Positions 1 to 13,866 of a stretch of DNA of 64,000 nucleotides are shown here, in pieces. Location: NCBI RefSeq assembly GCF_001194135.2, contig NC_068988.1, positions 40,962,032-41,026,031 on the forward strand, read 5' to 3'. The notes under the pieces are model-generated. The model searched no databases and was not told the DNA's origin. It saw only the letters and a program-made list of their open reading frames with translations. Within the stretch, counting starts at the first letter, position 1, and each line of letters starts with the position of its first letter. This stretch comes from Octopus bimaculoides. Lineage: Eukaryota. The position numbers were made by a program, and so were the translations under genes.

Positions 1-54
<54 letters not shown>
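1..54. repeat. (GT)n microsatellite
   Basis: Pure GT run at the window start. Confidence 0.95.
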
Positions 55-55
<1 letters not shown>

Positions 56-233
56 CATTGCAAACAATGAATGAAATAAATATGAAATCAAAATCGTATA
101 AATAAAAGGCCATTACTACAGATGTATACGCCCCCGACTTTACTGCCTCGTAACATTCAGAAAACTTTTAATTGTTACAAAATTGTGTATATATGTTTAT
201 TTATTATTTTTGTTCTCTTATTCGTCTTTTAAG

Positions 234-356
234 GAACTTGGAGTATGGAGTGTGGATTATATACCCCGAGGGACGAGGTTTGGACCGTTGATCGGTGACA
301 TTATTGGCAGTAGTGAATATGTCTACGATATTAGAGATCTGAAGAAAATATGGCGG
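234..356 (+). CDS. PRDM1: PRDM1/Blimp-1 internal coding exon, N-terminal half of PR/SET domain (ELGVWSVDYIPRGTRFGPLIGD...KKIWR); upstream exon(s) outside the window
   Basis: Pyrimidine tract + AG at 232-233; donor GTGAGT at 357; 123 nt, phase 0/0. The IPRGTRFGPLIG motif is characteristic of the PRDM1 PR domain, and the exon joins in frame to 15556. Confidence 0.93.
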
Positions 357-1602
357 GTGAGTTCCACACTAAAGAATCTTAATAATTCAGACATACATAA
401 ATGTGTGTGCGTTTGCGCATATGTGTGTACCTGTGTGTGTTAGTGTTTGTGCAGAAAATGCATGTTTATGTAGTGCGCCTCGTGCGCTTTTACATTCATG
501 CATATGTACATATATACTGTTACGTAAAGTGACACGCATGAATACACAGACACAAAAACACATATATATTCATGCATACATACATACACATATATACGCA
601 TACATACATTATATATACATTGAATAGATGTATATGTGCAGATCAGTCATTCAGTTACCACTAACCCACTGATTTCCATTCGGAAAATGAAAAGAATAAA
701 GAGAGAGACGGAAGAAGATAAACAAATTGCTATATTTCATTAATTTAATAAGGTCTCAAACATTTTAGATTTGTCCATCATTTTGGAAGATTAATTATAT
801 GGAAGCTAATTCTAGTTTATGTTCTCATTAACAAAGCGAGAGAGACGGCGAAAAATATTAGTATCTTTTAGGATATTTGTCAGTTTACAAATCACTGCAC
901 TAGGTTGTCTATCTGGACAGTGTGAGGTGTGAAAGGGTCAGCATCGGGGCTAATAGTATATATATATATTGTCAACGTGTGTCGGCACAAACGTTAGATT
1001 TTATGACCTGCCATTTGGATATGACGCCGGAGAACAAACAGAGACAGCATTAGCGACGGTAACAATCGAAAAAACCTAGGAGCCCGCCATACACACACCG
1101 TCATATAGACCCATATATCTCTACATATGCGTGCTTGTATGTCTTTTTCTGTACACAAGCACAAACCGGTACTCATAAATAGAAGGTGTATATATATATA
1201 TATATATATNNNNNNNNNNNNNNNNNNNNNNNNNNNNNNNNNNNNNNNNNNNNNNNNNNNNNNNNNNNNNNNNNNNNNNNNNNNNNNNNNNNNNNNNNNN
1301 NNNNNNNNNNNNNNNNNNNNNNNNNNNNNNNNNNNNNNNNNNNNNNNNNNNNNNNNNNNNNNNNNNNNNNNNNNNNNNNNNNNNNNNNNNNNNNNNNNNN
1401 NNNNNNNNNNNNNNNNNNNNNNNNNNNNNNNNNNNNNNNNNNNNNNNNNNNNNNNNNNNNNNNNNNNNNNNNNNNNNNNNNNNNNNNNNNNNNNNNNNNN
1501 NNNNNNNNNNNNNNNNNNNNNNNNNNNNNNNNNNNNNNNNNNNNNNNNNNNNNNNNNNNNNNNNNNNNNNNNNNNNNNNNNNNNNNNNNNNNNNNNTATA
1601 TA

Positions 1603-1644
<42 letters not shown>

Positions 1645-2039
1645 AGAGAGTAACGATGGGAATATAGAGGTAGACACGTAGATGGATGGAGAAGCAGATA
1701 GATAGATAGTTTGAGAGATAGAGAGATATACGGGTATTTCTAGATATTTAACAAGCACATGTGCGCGTATTTACTTTGCAACATATATTTGACCAGCTTA
1801 CTTTAAAAATACCAATTTCTCACGTTGTCAGTCAGACATTGATAGGAAGACTTTGGCCCAATTATTGGAACACAAATATAGTTATTGTTACTCATTCTTC
1901 GAATCGTTGTTTGCTGAAAGGTGAAGTTAATGTCTGCGAATTTTGAACTGATAACGTAGTGGTTCAAAATAGAATATATATGCGTGTGTGTGTGTGTGCG
2001 TGTGTGTGTGTGTGTGTGTGTATTCGTTTCAAAATTTGG

Positions 2040-2221
2040 TACAAGGCCAACAAATTCGGAGAAGGGGAGATTTTGACCCCAGTATTCAACTGGTAATTAT
2101 TTTAATACCCGAAAGGATGAAAGGCAAAGTCGACCACTGCAGAATTTGAACTCAGAATGTGATGACGGACGAAATGCCGCAAAGCATTTTGCTTGGCGTG
2201 CTAACAACACTACCAACTCGC

Positions 2222-2224
<3 letters not shown>
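2040..2224 (-). mobile_element. tRNA-derived SINE, family A
   Basis: Shares GAAAGGATGAAAGGCAAAGTCGAC...GAATTTGAACTCAGAA...AAGCATTT...CGTGCTAAC with the copies at 16883, 31131 and 51998; reverse complement of the 56768 copy. Confidence 0.85.
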
Positions 2225-2263
<39 letters not shown>

Positions 2264-3556
2264 NNNNNNNNNNNNNNNNNNNNNNNNNNNNNNNNNNNNN
2301 NNNNNNNNNNNNNNNNNNNNNNNNNNNNNNNNNNNNNNNNNNNNNNNNNNNNNNNNNNNNNNNNNNNNNNNNNNNNNNNNNNNNNNNNNNNNNNNNNNNN
2401 NNNNNNNNNNNNNNNNNNNNNNNNNNNNNNNNNNNNNNNNNNNNNNNNNNNNNNNNNNNNNNNNNNNNNNNNNNNNNNNNNNNNNNNNNNNNNNNNNNNN
2501 NNNNNNNNNNNNNNNNNNNNNNNNNNNNNNNNNNNNNNNNNNNNNNNNNNNNNNNNNNNNNNNNNNNNNNNNNNNNNNNNNNNNNNNNNNNNNNNNNNNN
2601 NNNNNNNNNNNNNNNNNNNNNNNNNNNNNNNNNNNNNNNNNNNNNNNNNNNNNNNNNNNNNNNNNNNNNNNNNNNNNNNNNNNNNNNNNNNNNNNNNNNN
2701 NNNNNNNNNNNNNNNNNNNNNNNNNNNNNNNNNNNNNNNNNNNNNNNNNNNNNNNNNNNNNNNNNNNNNNNNNNNNNNNNNNNNNNNNNNNNNNNNNNNN
2801 NNNNNNNNNNNNNNNNNNNNNNNNNNNNNNNNNNNNNNNNNNNNNNNNNNNNNNNNNNNNNNNNNNNNNNNNNNNNNNNNNNNNNNNNNNNNNNNNNNNN
2901 NNNNNNNNNNNNNNNNNNNNNNNNNNNNNNNNNNNNNNNNNNNNNNNNNNNNNNNNNNNNNNNNNNNNNNNNNNNNNNNNNNNNTATATATATATATTTG
3001 CAAACGTTGTTTTAATCGACACTTCAACGATTTCGCCGTTCCACTATATTTTTAAACAAGTTTTTCATCGTATCCGTATTTGACAAGCTTCAGAATGGAA
3101 TTCATAAATTTACTACATTACGTTGCTGATATTTATTTTATTGATCTTTAATAAGGGACATTGTGTTTTCTGTTGCTTAATCCAAGATTAGTCTAGATGA
3201 ACTAGATCTATAATCGAAGTTATTTCTATTTAACGATTCTTTCATTTAATTTTTCCAAGCATAACTTATCTACAAATGTATTACTCAATTTGTGTCTTTG
3301 ACAAAGACATTAAAATAGCATTTTAAAGGAAATTTGGCTATTTCTAACAGGTTGGCTGAGCAGCTAGAGCGATAGTGTTACTGTTCATGTTAATGTGACT
3401 GTTATCTAATTTAAAGAGCGTTATAGGTATAAATACAGATGTGGAATATATATCCTTATGCATAAATTCACAGATACATTCGCGCGCGCGTGTGATGCGT
3501 GTGTACGTGCGTGTACATATCTATGTATGATTTATCTATCACTATCTCTCTCTCTT

Positions 3557-3653
<97 letters not shown>

Positions 3654-5061
3654 GCTGAGATTTTCACGCATGCTAGTGCCTTGGTAGCTTAACGGCTTAT
3701 GCCAGTATCTTTAGAGTTCCGGACAAAGTGCCTTGCAGCATTTTTCTTACTTGTTTTCTACTAAATTCAAATCCCGTCATGGTCAACCTCATGTTGATAA
3801 AATGATATACAAGCTATTTCGGTGGATTGGCATTATTAGAGTTTTGGAAAAAGCTACCTGTGGTATTTGTTCTGGCTGTTTATTGTCCGGGTGATTAGAA
3901 AGGTGATGAGAATTTGTTTGCATCTAGCCGACACGATGATTTCACGTCAAATTATACCCTGTATTATTAAAAGAAGAAAATAGCATTTGACAATCTTCAC
4001 TTAAATATATGAAAAACAAGGTTATATGCTCATAAATGGAAAATATTCTAGCATAGAACTGCACGTGTGGAGCTGATCTGGACCTAAATATCAGCAAGGA
4101 TGTCCAACGTAAAGACATTTTATCTCACAGTTACGAGGAACGCTTTTGCGTAATCGATCGACTTGCTAGAAAATAAAACCAAATCTCTACCAAATAACAA
4201 TATACTGTCATAAAAAAAAAGAACGAAGTTTCATTGAATAGTATAGTTCTGCATATATCTAGTGAAAAAACAAAAGGTGGAATACACATGGTTGGAATGT
4301 CTTTGACCTTAGGTCTACTCGATCAGAGCCAACCTGGTACTGAATAACAGCAGCTATAGCAAGAACAATGTAAAACATCAGATTTTAAACTGACTGGCTT
4401 GATCTGCTAGAGATAACAGTGAAATATTTCCCCCGCAAACCACGCCGTATCCTCTTAAAGCAAAATTACATGGTATAATCTGTTCCGGTAGTTCTATAAC
4501 TGAAAACAATAACGATTGGATTATTATAGCTGGAAAACCTTTTATCCCTGGTCTGTTTGATCTGACTGGCCAAGTGGTTAAACCTCAGTCTGCGAGAAAT
4601 AGAAATATAGCCAAGTCTCAGTAAGTTCATGTCTAGTGCATTACACTGAAAAATCTAGTTCAGGATATACCAGAAGACAGTTTGAACAAAGTAAGATTCC
4701 TTTTTCTAACGGAGAGCTACTCAAACAGGGTTGGGCTAAACCATTACCTTCTAGATAAAGCAGTTATGTAGGATAGAATAGTCACATTTTGAATGCCTTT
4801 GTTCATAGGTTTGCTTGACCAAAAGTGTCCGGAAGTCAAACGTCAGTAACAACTTTCTGTCGACTCGAAAAGACTAAAAAGCACAGATTTACAAACGTTT
4901 AAGTTCGGGAATAACCTCATTTGTTGTAACATTTCCATTTCCATTTCCAAATTACGTTGATTTTGCACAAAATAATTTACTGCACTATAAAATGAACATT
5001 ACTCAATGTCATTTTCTGGCGTATAATCCACATACTGCTATGAATATTGTTTATGTTGAGA

Positions 5062-5118
<57 letters not shown>

Positions 5119-5159
5119 TTTATGTTTTTGTTGTTGTCGCTGCTTTGTTGCTTTGTTTA

Positions 5160-6500
5160 GTATTAGCTACTCAAAGTCTCATCCAGAAACCCCAAGAGAC
5201 AACAAATTGGACGTTTTAATGTGGGTGTAATTTATGAGTAGTAATGGTATATTTCTCGGAAAGGATACCGAATACTGGTTTCGCTCAAAATTTGCCGCAA
5301 TGTTTTCGATTTCGAACGATTACAAAAGATTACAAAAGATTCTAAGGCTGATATTGTTTTTCTTGGGATGTGGGCAGTACTCACGAGATCGAATTTTGGT
5401 AGTTCTGATAACTTTGTGTTTCCTTTTTTGTTCTTAGATGCCACATGTTTGAGACTTCTATTTCAAGATCCTGGTATTTACTTAACTTTTCAAATATTTT
5501 CACAGAAGAGTTACAGTCTGCTGGGATTAATATATCCATGAGCAAACATCTATCAATCTAATTTTCTATTACAATATGTCGTCTATTAGCCTACATAGCT
5601 CGATAATTTTGAATACCCACTACCAAAGACCAGTGATGTGCGGTTTTTTTTACTGCTTTAGCAGGCTTATCTTTCCCCAAGTTCTTCTCATACAGAAATC
5701 TATATGACGGCTTATATTCTTGTGCAAATACTGATCATGGTGATTAAAATACACAACTGAAGCAGACATAGAACAGCCAGAGATCATGTGGTCAATTGTT
5801 TTTCTGGTTACACCACAAAAACTGCTGGAAGGATCCGCGCTATTTTAAGACTGATGGCTTGGTAATTTCTAGTCGATACATACTCATCCCGAGTTGCTAT
5901 AATAAACCCCCCTTTTTCTGATTGAAGTCCAGATGCATTCAGCTTTCGATGGTCATATTTGTATCAACATCAGAACCGCTGGTTTTTGTATTCTAATCAC
6001 AATTTAAAGCCTTATTTTTCCCCAGTTACATAGCTCTGAAATTCCTTTTGATTTAGCCTGTGATTTTATTTGCTTTGTTATCATAGTACGTTCGCCTGTG
6101 TCATCTAGTTGCGACTGACTTTTGATGATCTTTAATCTCGGCGATCTTTACTTTCGGTGATCTTTACTCTCGGCGATCTTTTACAAATTCATTTGCTTTT
6201 GATATTGAGTGTAGTTTCTTGGTATATTCATACCTGCAGAAAGATGCAACCATCTAGTCACTAGTGTCCAACAAGTAGGTGTCTAAACCTATGGTTACTT
6301 TCTTTACAGGAAATTTCATCTCCCTCAGTCCACGTCCTCCATCCGTTCGTTGGATGTACGTCTGTCTACATCTTCCTTTGGGTAATGCCTGTGGTATATC
6401 GTCAGATACTTTCGTATTTTCGAGTCAAGTATTCTTATTTCATTGATGATCCATTTATATTATATTAAAGCTGTAGATCACGACAGGTCAACTAAGAGAT
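5160..6500 (-). mobile_element. 5'-truncated RLE-type (R4/Dong-like) non-LTR retrotransposon, degenerate
   Basis: Minus-strand translation gives HYPKEDVDR..QRTDGGRGL, FCGV..TIDHMISGC (CCHC knuckle), ANRRHIV, MDILIPADCNSSVKIFEKLSKYQDLEIE (restriction-like endonuclease) and STAHIPRKTIS. (ATT)n runs lie on both sides (5062-5118 and 6528-6576). Confidence 0.85.
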
Positions 6501-6525
6501 TATCATGATCATCATGATCATCATC

Positions 6526-6576
<51 letters not shown>

Positions 6577-6740
6577 GGGGCGGTGAGTCAGCAGAATGGT
6601 TAGCACGCCAGGCGAGATGCTTAGCGGCATTTCGTCCATCTTCAGGTTCTGTGTTGAAATTCCGCTAAGGTCAACCTTGGGAAGATTTATCCCCTCCTCC
6701 GAATTTGCTGGCCTTATGGCAAAATTTTAAATCATCATTA
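6577..6740 (+). mobile_element. SINE family A, internally deleted
   Basis: GGCGGTGAGTCAGCAGAATGGTTAGCACGCCAGGCGAGATGCTTAGCGGCATTTCGTCC head matches the other family A copies. Confidence 0.8.
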
Positions 6741-6743
6741 TTA

Positions 6744-7765
6744 GTGGGCGCCTGGCACCTAGAATGTCGTCTGGCACTCACAACCCTCTACCAGTACGCG
6801 CAATGGGATCGGCAGATGATGCGCTTAAGAAATTTATAGAGGATTAGTGGCGAGGAAGTGCGATGACGTTCTCGGGAAGACTCGGGCAGACTCGAGGCGC
6901 CAGTGAGAATGAACTGACTAGTTTGTTCCGGAGGACTTTCCGGTCGGGACCTACCATGGATAATTTACCGATGTATTTGGCCTGGCAGTGCTACCGGGTG
7001 GTGGTGGGGGGCGCTACCAGTTCGAGATAAACCTTACAGGCACAGATATGCTGTCAGATGGACTTATCCGAGGTGCGCGCAGAGTGACGAAACCGTTCTG
7101 CACGCCCTCGTTCAGTGTCCGGGCATTGCTGACTTGTGGAGTTATGTTGAACAGCTGCTATCATGTGTGGGTCGGATCCGTCTGTCGGCTGAGTCTGTAG
7201 TAATAATTGCATCGCCGCTTTCATTCAATCAGACAGGCGAGGCAGTTTTCCTTCGCCTGGTGGCTGTGGCAAAAGTGATTGTTTAGTGGACAAGGCTGAA
7301 AGGCATGAGGAAAGATTCATTACTCTTTAGTAAAGTTCTCATTGACTTTTTCAAGTTTCACTTGAAAAGGAAATTGAAAGTGGAGAAGAAAATGGTGTCC
7401 TCGAGTGAGTTTACTGAAAGGTGGGTGAAAGTTGAGAAAATGGCAAGAGTGGATGGTAGCCCTCTATAAGCGTAGACCTGTGAGTCAGAGAGAAGTAATT
7501 GGAGAGGGCAGTTGCTCGTAAGGTTTCTGGGAAATCTCGGACAGTGGGGTTCCTCGATTATCCCTAGAGGTATTCCTGTATCAGGAAGGTCACATCTCTA
7601 TCATCCTCCTCACCTCATTTTTTACCCTTGTATGCTATGCATATGTCTCTTCTTTTCCAGTGTATACCGTGTATACTTTTTATTATTATTTCATTATTAT
7701 ACGTAAACCCCATGTCTCTGTATTGTACCCCTCATCCTTCGCCCTTGTGGCAAATAAAATAAATG
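6744..7765 (+). mobile_element. L1/Tx1-type LINE 3' fragment (ORF2 C-terminus + 3' UTR)
   Basis: LAWQCYR (6977), then after a frameshift ALPVRDKPYRH...YPRCAQSDETVLHALVQCP (decayed CCHC knuckle, 7011-7120), FLRLVAVAK...FFKFHLKRK...ERW; ends near AATAAA at 7753. Confidence 0.8.
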
Positions 7766-7788
7766 AAATCATTATTATTATTATTACT

Positions 7789-7912
7789 ATTCCGCCGAAG
7801 TCAACTTTGCCTTTCATCCTTTCGGGGTTACACACTCGAATTGATGTAATCGGTTAATTCCTTCCCCCAAATCTCAAGTTTGTGCCTACAGTAGAAAGGA
7901 TTATTATTATTA

Positions 7913-7983
<71 letters not shown>
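7789..7983 (+). mobile_element. SINE family A 3' half with (ATT)n tail
   Basis: ATTCCGCCGAAGTCAACTTTGCCTTTCATCCTTTCGGGG...TTTGTGCCTACAGTAGAAAGG followed by about 85 nt of ATT repeat. Confidence 0.8.
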
Positions 7984-8116
7984 GAGTGAGAGAGCAGTGC
8001 ATGCCATCAAAGTGACACTGGGGTAAAATATACGAAGCCCAATATACTCATCATGACTACCCGTCTGATAAGGGTACACCAGGCACATGCATCACAACCA
8101 TATGTGTGCGACATGG
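7984..8116 (-). mobile_element. Probable 3' end of another (TAA)n-tailed retroelement, cut by a gap
   Basis: Non-repetitive segment that abuts the ATT run in tail orientation (...GCACTGCTCTCTCACTC-AATAATAAT on minus); no coding motif seen. Confidence 0.4.
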
Positions 8117-8330
8117 NNNNNNNNNNNNNNNNNNNNNNNNNNNNNNNNNNNNNNNNNNNNNNNNNNNNNNNNNNNNNNNNNNNNNNNNNNNNNNNNNNNN
8201 NNNNNNNNNNNNNNNNNNNNNNNNNNNNNNNNNNNNNNNNNNNNNNNNNNNNNNNNNNNNNNNNNNNNNNNNNNNNNNNNNNNNNNNNNNNNNNNNNNNN
8301 NNNNNNNNNTTTGTGCCTACAGTAGAAAGG

Positions 8331-8343
8331 ATTATTATTATTA

Positions 8344-8381
<38 letters not shown>

Positions 8382-8820
8382 TCTTCGTAACACAGTGTAG
8401 GTAAAAATGCACCGGAGTCTTTAGTCATCTGTCAAATCACAAGGACCTCAGAAAGATAATACTTTCTTTAAGATGTGCGCTGTTTCAGTTCTTGTGGACG
8501 CCAGAGAACTTCAAGGATATGGAGATGTTATTTCTAGCATAACCCGCAACCGCACAGAGGTTCTCTAGTTGGCTTGACACAGACCTGTATGTGTAAGGGC
8601 ATTTAGCAGGTCAAGGAATTATGCCGTTCTTCAAACGACGACAGCTGTTCATTGTTCTTATGCTCTCTTGCACAAGTTTCAAACATCCGGCTGTAGATTT
8701 TTCAGTCATATTGCAGTTGATTTAGTAATTGACACATAGCCATGTATTTCTGCAATAGTCTCCCTTATCATGACGCTGTTGATGTCGCTATTATCGTAGT
8801 TTAAAGGCGATTAACAGAAC
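8331..8820 (-). mobile_element. RLE-type (R4/Dong-like) LINE 3' end with (TAA)n tail
   Basis: Minus strand reads TAHILKKVLSF* (8455-8490), the typical GTAHILRKVL C-terminus, then a short UTR and TAA repeats. Confidence 0.65.
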
Positions 8821-9363
8821 ACCTTGCATACTTGTTACATTCCGTTTTCAAATATCATTTACTCGTTACGCCCCCCCCCTCCTCCTCCTTCTCCTCCCCC
8901 CTCCTCCTTTGTTTGTGTGTGTGCGTACGCGCGCGTATGTGTGTAGTAAAAATAATGACAATTTCATTGTTAAAAAGAAATTTTAGTAATATTTATCGTC
9001 TACAATGAGGTGAAAAGACGATTCGTTGCGCTTCTTTGGCCTTATCACTGATACAACACCAGTGCACTTGGTTGTAAACAATACAACTAAGATTTGAACG
9101 AAAGTGAATGCAACAGATTTTGTACGTTTTTTAAACATTAATAACCGTATTCTATTTTCAACACATTATACAGATGAGGCACTTGCCAAAGAATTAATAC
9201 ACAGAAACGTTGTCCACACCCGCATAAATGTATTTAAGTATATGTAGATATTAATTTATCAAGATACGTTTGTATGCGTGTAAGTATGAGCTAAGCAAAC
9301 TTTGGAAAGCAAAGAATCTGATGTACGTACTTACATATACACATATGCATGTGTGTGTGTATA

Positions 9364-9570
9364 TGTTTGTCCCCCCCCCCCCAACACCACTTAACAACCG
9401 ATGCTGGTGTGTTTATGTCCCCGTAACTTATCGATTCAGTAAAAGAGACCGATAGAATAAGTACTAGGCTTACAAAGAATAAGCTCTCAGGTCGATTTGC
9501 TCGACTAAAAGCGGTGCTCCAGCATGGCCAGAGTCAAATGACTGAGACAAGTAAAACAGAAAAGAGTAAT
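9364..9570 (+). mobile_element. SINE family B, 3' body
   Basis: GTCCCCGTAACTTA...AAAAGAGACCGATAGAATAAGTAC...GTCGATTTGCTCGACTAAA.GCGGTGCTCCAGCATGGCC is shared with the copy at 61205-61500. Confidence 0.8.
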
Positions 9571-10170
9571 ATATATATATATATATATATATATAGATAC
9601 ACGCATTTACATACATACATACATATATGTATCTGATTTTGTGTTAAAAAATAAAGGTATATTAAAACTGTTGTAAAACATGGGGAAGTGCACGCTCTGC
9701 ATTTTGTCACAAAGTATTATTGCATATGCACTGAAATACATTCAAATTATATTCAAATTATCCTAGTATTTCCCAATTCAACTCAGAAACTAACATATCA
9801 CATACGCCGACGATATATCTCACCACACAGGTGTGCCTCCGTACAGTGGTTATAGATATTAAACAGTTAATTGCAATGTATAAACTTCGTTTCGGTATTA
9901 ACAATAATGATTCAACAATCGACTATATATTTGAAAATAGGCTCTGTTAACAGGAGTTAAGTTAATTACAGGATCTTGTTTTTTGACCTCCAGAATGAAA
10001 GTTAAATTTATGGGGAATTAAACTCAGAAGGGAAATCATTTTCTTTAAGCACAAGGTATTGTGTCCTACATTCAAGTGGTTTTGATTATATTCTTCCATA
10101 GGTAGGAACTAGCATTACTCTCTTATTACCTCTCGCTCTCTACCTCCATTTCCCTCTCACTCTCGCTTTC

Positions 10171-10205
<35 letters not shown>

Positions 10206-11360
10206 NNNNNNNNNNNNNNNNNNNNNNNNNNNNNNNNNNNNNNNNNNNNNNNNNNNNNNNNNNNNNNNNNNNNNNNNNNNNNNNNNNNNNNNNNNNNNNN
10301 NNNNNNNNNNNNNNNNNNNNNNNNNNNNNNNNNNNNNNNNNNNNNNNNNNNNNNNNNNNNNNNNNNNNNNNNNNNNNNNNNNNNNNNNNNNNNNNNNNNN
10401 NNNNNNNNNNNNNNNNNNNNNNNNNNNNNNNNNNNNNNNNNNNNNNNNNNNNNNNNNNNNNNNNNNNNNNNNNNNNNNNNNNNNNNNNNNNNNNNNNNNN
10501 NNNNNNNNNNNNNNNNNNNNNNNNNNNNNNNNNNNNNNNNNNNNNNNNNNNNNNNNNNNNNNNNNNNNNNNNNNNNNNNNNNNNNNNNNNNNNNNNNNNN
10601 NNNNNNNNNNNNNNNNNNNNNNNNNNNNNNNNNNNNNNNNNNNNNNNNNNNNNNNNNNNNNNNNNNNNNNNNNNNNNNNNNNNNNNNNNNNNNNNNNNNN
10701 NNNNNNNNNNNNNNNNNNNNNNNNNNNNNNNNNNNNNNNNNNNNNNNNNNNNNNNNNNNNNNNNNNNNNNNNNNNNNNNNNNNNNNNNNNNNNNNNNNNN
10801 NNNNNNNNNNNNNNNNNNNNNNNNNNNNNNNNNNNNNNNNNNNNNNNNNNNNNNNNNNNNNNNNNNNNNNNNNNNNNNNNNNNNNNNNNNNNNNNNNNNN
10901 NNNNNNNNNNNNNNNNNNNNNNNNNNNNNNNNNNNNNNNNNNNNNNNNNNNNNNNNNNNNNNNNNNNNNNNNNNNNNNNNNNNNNNNNNNNNNNNNNNNN
11001 NNNNNNNNNNNNNNNNNNNNNNNNNNNNNNNNNNNNNNNNNNNNNNNNNNNNNNNNNNNNTATATACCTAACTCTCTATCTATCTGTCTCTCTGTCTATC
11101 TGTCTATCTGCCTAACTATCTATCTACCTATCTATCTATCAATCTATGTGTCTATCGATCGATCGATTTATCTATCTGTCTGACTGTCTAACTACCCTTC
11201 AGTCTGTATATACACACACACACGCATACAAGCTCACTCATATATGTAGACATGTGTTTATATCATATATCATATACATAGATAAATAGATCGATAGTGA
11301 GAGATAGAGAAAGAGTAACAAGGAGAGATGTGTATATATGTGTATATGAATATGTGTATG

Positions 11361-11416
<56 letters not shown>

Positions 11417-12056
11417 CTTGCATGCATACATAATACATACATCATACTCATACAAAAAGAAACTAAGAGACAAGGAGACAGATATCATTATAGTATGTCA
11501 GTCGGAAATATTTGAGTTAGATGGAGACTCTATGAATGTGAATGCTGCCAGACCAACAAATGCCAGCCCTTCTGTTTGCTTGTATAAGTAACTATGTGTA
11601 AAAATTTCCCAACGGTATATGACTGATTGCTTCTTTCAAGCAATCATATATGAATATCTTTTGTTATTTCTAGCTATGAAGTTCAGATAGCATTCTGTTT
11701 ATAAATAACACTCATTTATTTACATCATTCATAAATATCACCGTCTTGAAAGCCTTGCAACGTGTAACAATTCTTATTAACTTCATCAAATGAGGCTTGC
11801 CGTCGGTTAAATGGCCGACACCAATTGACATTGCTTATCATTTCTTTCTTGATGACGATTCAACTCTATCATGCAGAATGAAAAAGAAGCTATCAAGGTG
11901 TATGTATGTATGTATGTATGCATGTATGTATGTATGTATGTATGTACGTATGCATGTGTGTATTTGTGATTATGTTCTAATAATAATACAGTATATTTTT
12001 ATAAATATATCTAAAACTACATATCTATGTATATTATACAAACATATGCACATGTA

Positions 12057-12096
<40 letters not shown>

Positions 12097-12383
12097 TAGA
12101 TAGATAGATTTACATAGATATATACATGTATATATATGTATATACATATATATTTATATTTATGTACACATGTATATATTTATGTATATATGTACGTATG
12201 TATGTATCTATCTATAAATATATATTGTGTGTGTAAACATATTTTATATATATTATATGTATTATGTGTGTGTGTGTGTGTGTCATGAATATAAAGAAAT
12301 TGACATACGCACACATATATAAGAAAGACACATACGTGCGTGCATGTGTGTGTGTGCATGCGTGTGTGTATGTGTGTTCGGGC

Positions 12384-12520
<137 letters not shown>

Positions 12521-13127
12521 TATTTGTCAAAGTGCATGCCTTGATAATCGCGAGATCCTTATTTCAATTCCAAGGCCGGGCGATGTGTTATGTTCTTGCG
12601 CAAAACACTTCATTTCCCGCTGCTTTACGATCACTTCGACACTTTGTATGTGGCGAAGGAAGTAAGCTAATGTAGAACACAAACATTTGATCACTATAAA
12701 CAAATCATCCTTGCAAATTGTGCAACAAGAAGCGACAGTAAAGTTCATCATGCATGTATGTATGTATGCATGCATGCATGTATGTATGTATGTACCTATG
12801 TATGTATGTATGTATGTATGTATGTATGTACCTATGTATCTATGTATAAGGTCTCATTTCATCATTTCAAGATGCTCTATTCGACTCTTCTGAAATATGT
12901 AGCAGTCCAGTGACGGTGTAGTTTTTATCCATTCCAACTGCCACATCATTGATGTTCTCCTCGGTCAAAACACCTTAAGAAAATTAGCTGAAACATTACG
13001 CACGCACGCACACGCGCACACACACACAGATACAGCCATAATATACTACCAAGTATATTGAAAGTTTATAAGTCAATACTGCGCCCTTCATGTGTGTATT
13101 AGTAGTGTGATTCGATCATTTTCAAGT

Positions 13128-13306
13128 AATCTCTATAGACATTGTATAGAATTTAGAGCCAGAATTGAAAGTTAAGAATGCATCTATGTAAACAATGTGA
13201 TCATAATTTTTTGTGCTGTTTCTAAATTCTATACCCGTATGCGTACAGAAAATTTAATAACTTTCCGTTCTGGCTCTAAATTCTATGGAATATCTATAGA
13301 GAGAAT
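13128..13306. mobile_element. Small MITE-like element with ~45-bp terminal inverted repeats
   Basis: CTCTATAGACATTGTATAGAATTTAGAGCCAGAATTGAAAGTT is mirrored by AACTTTCCGTTCTGGCTCTAAATTCTATGGAATATCTATAGAG. Confidence 0.6.
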
Positions 13307-13744
13307 AATTAAAAGTTATATATATTTATAATGGTACGTTTCTCACAATGCACTAATCTAGCCATTACAGCAAAGTTCTGATTAATGTTTCACTTGAAAT
13401 GGAAATTTATATATGCATGAACAATTACTGTATGGCATCCAACCAATATATATTTCTGTGGGTGTGAAGACCAAAAAACGAGGTGTCTTCACATCTCTTT
13501 AAAGTTGCACAGCGACTGCAGAAATTTATGTTTATTGGAATTTATTAAAATAACCTAATAGATCTTTAACATTTACGTAAACACACACACGCATACAAAC
13601 ACACAGACATACACACACACACATATAAACATATATACATATATGTATTGTTATGTTTCGAGATGGTCATTTTTTTCATGCCAAATAAACACATGCACTA
13701 TGTATTCGTTCTTCACTCATTTATTATTATTCATCTTATGTCCA

Positions 13745-13790
13745 TTATCTGGAAATCTTTCGTCACACATCTGTGACCTCTTCAGCAACT
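13745..13790 (-). ncRNA. Minimal type I hammerhead ribozyme motif (left arm of palindrome)
   Basis: Minus strand AGTTG-CTGAAGA-G-GTCACA-GATG-TGTGAC-GAAA-GATTT-C-CAGAT: intact core, perfect 6-bp stem II, self-complementary stem III, short imperfect stem I. Confidence 0.6.
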
Positions 13791-13866
13791 CTTCAATCCC
13801 ACGTCTCTCTTGTTCTGTTTATTCACGGGACTAAATAAAATAGGAGGAGACGTATTAGATAGAAGA

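Noticed and set aside
5935-5980. CTGATG...GACCATCGAAAGCT on minus as a hammerhead
   Set aside because: The core is incomplete, stem II does not pair, the base at the cleavage position is G, and the segment lies inside RLE LINE coding sequence.
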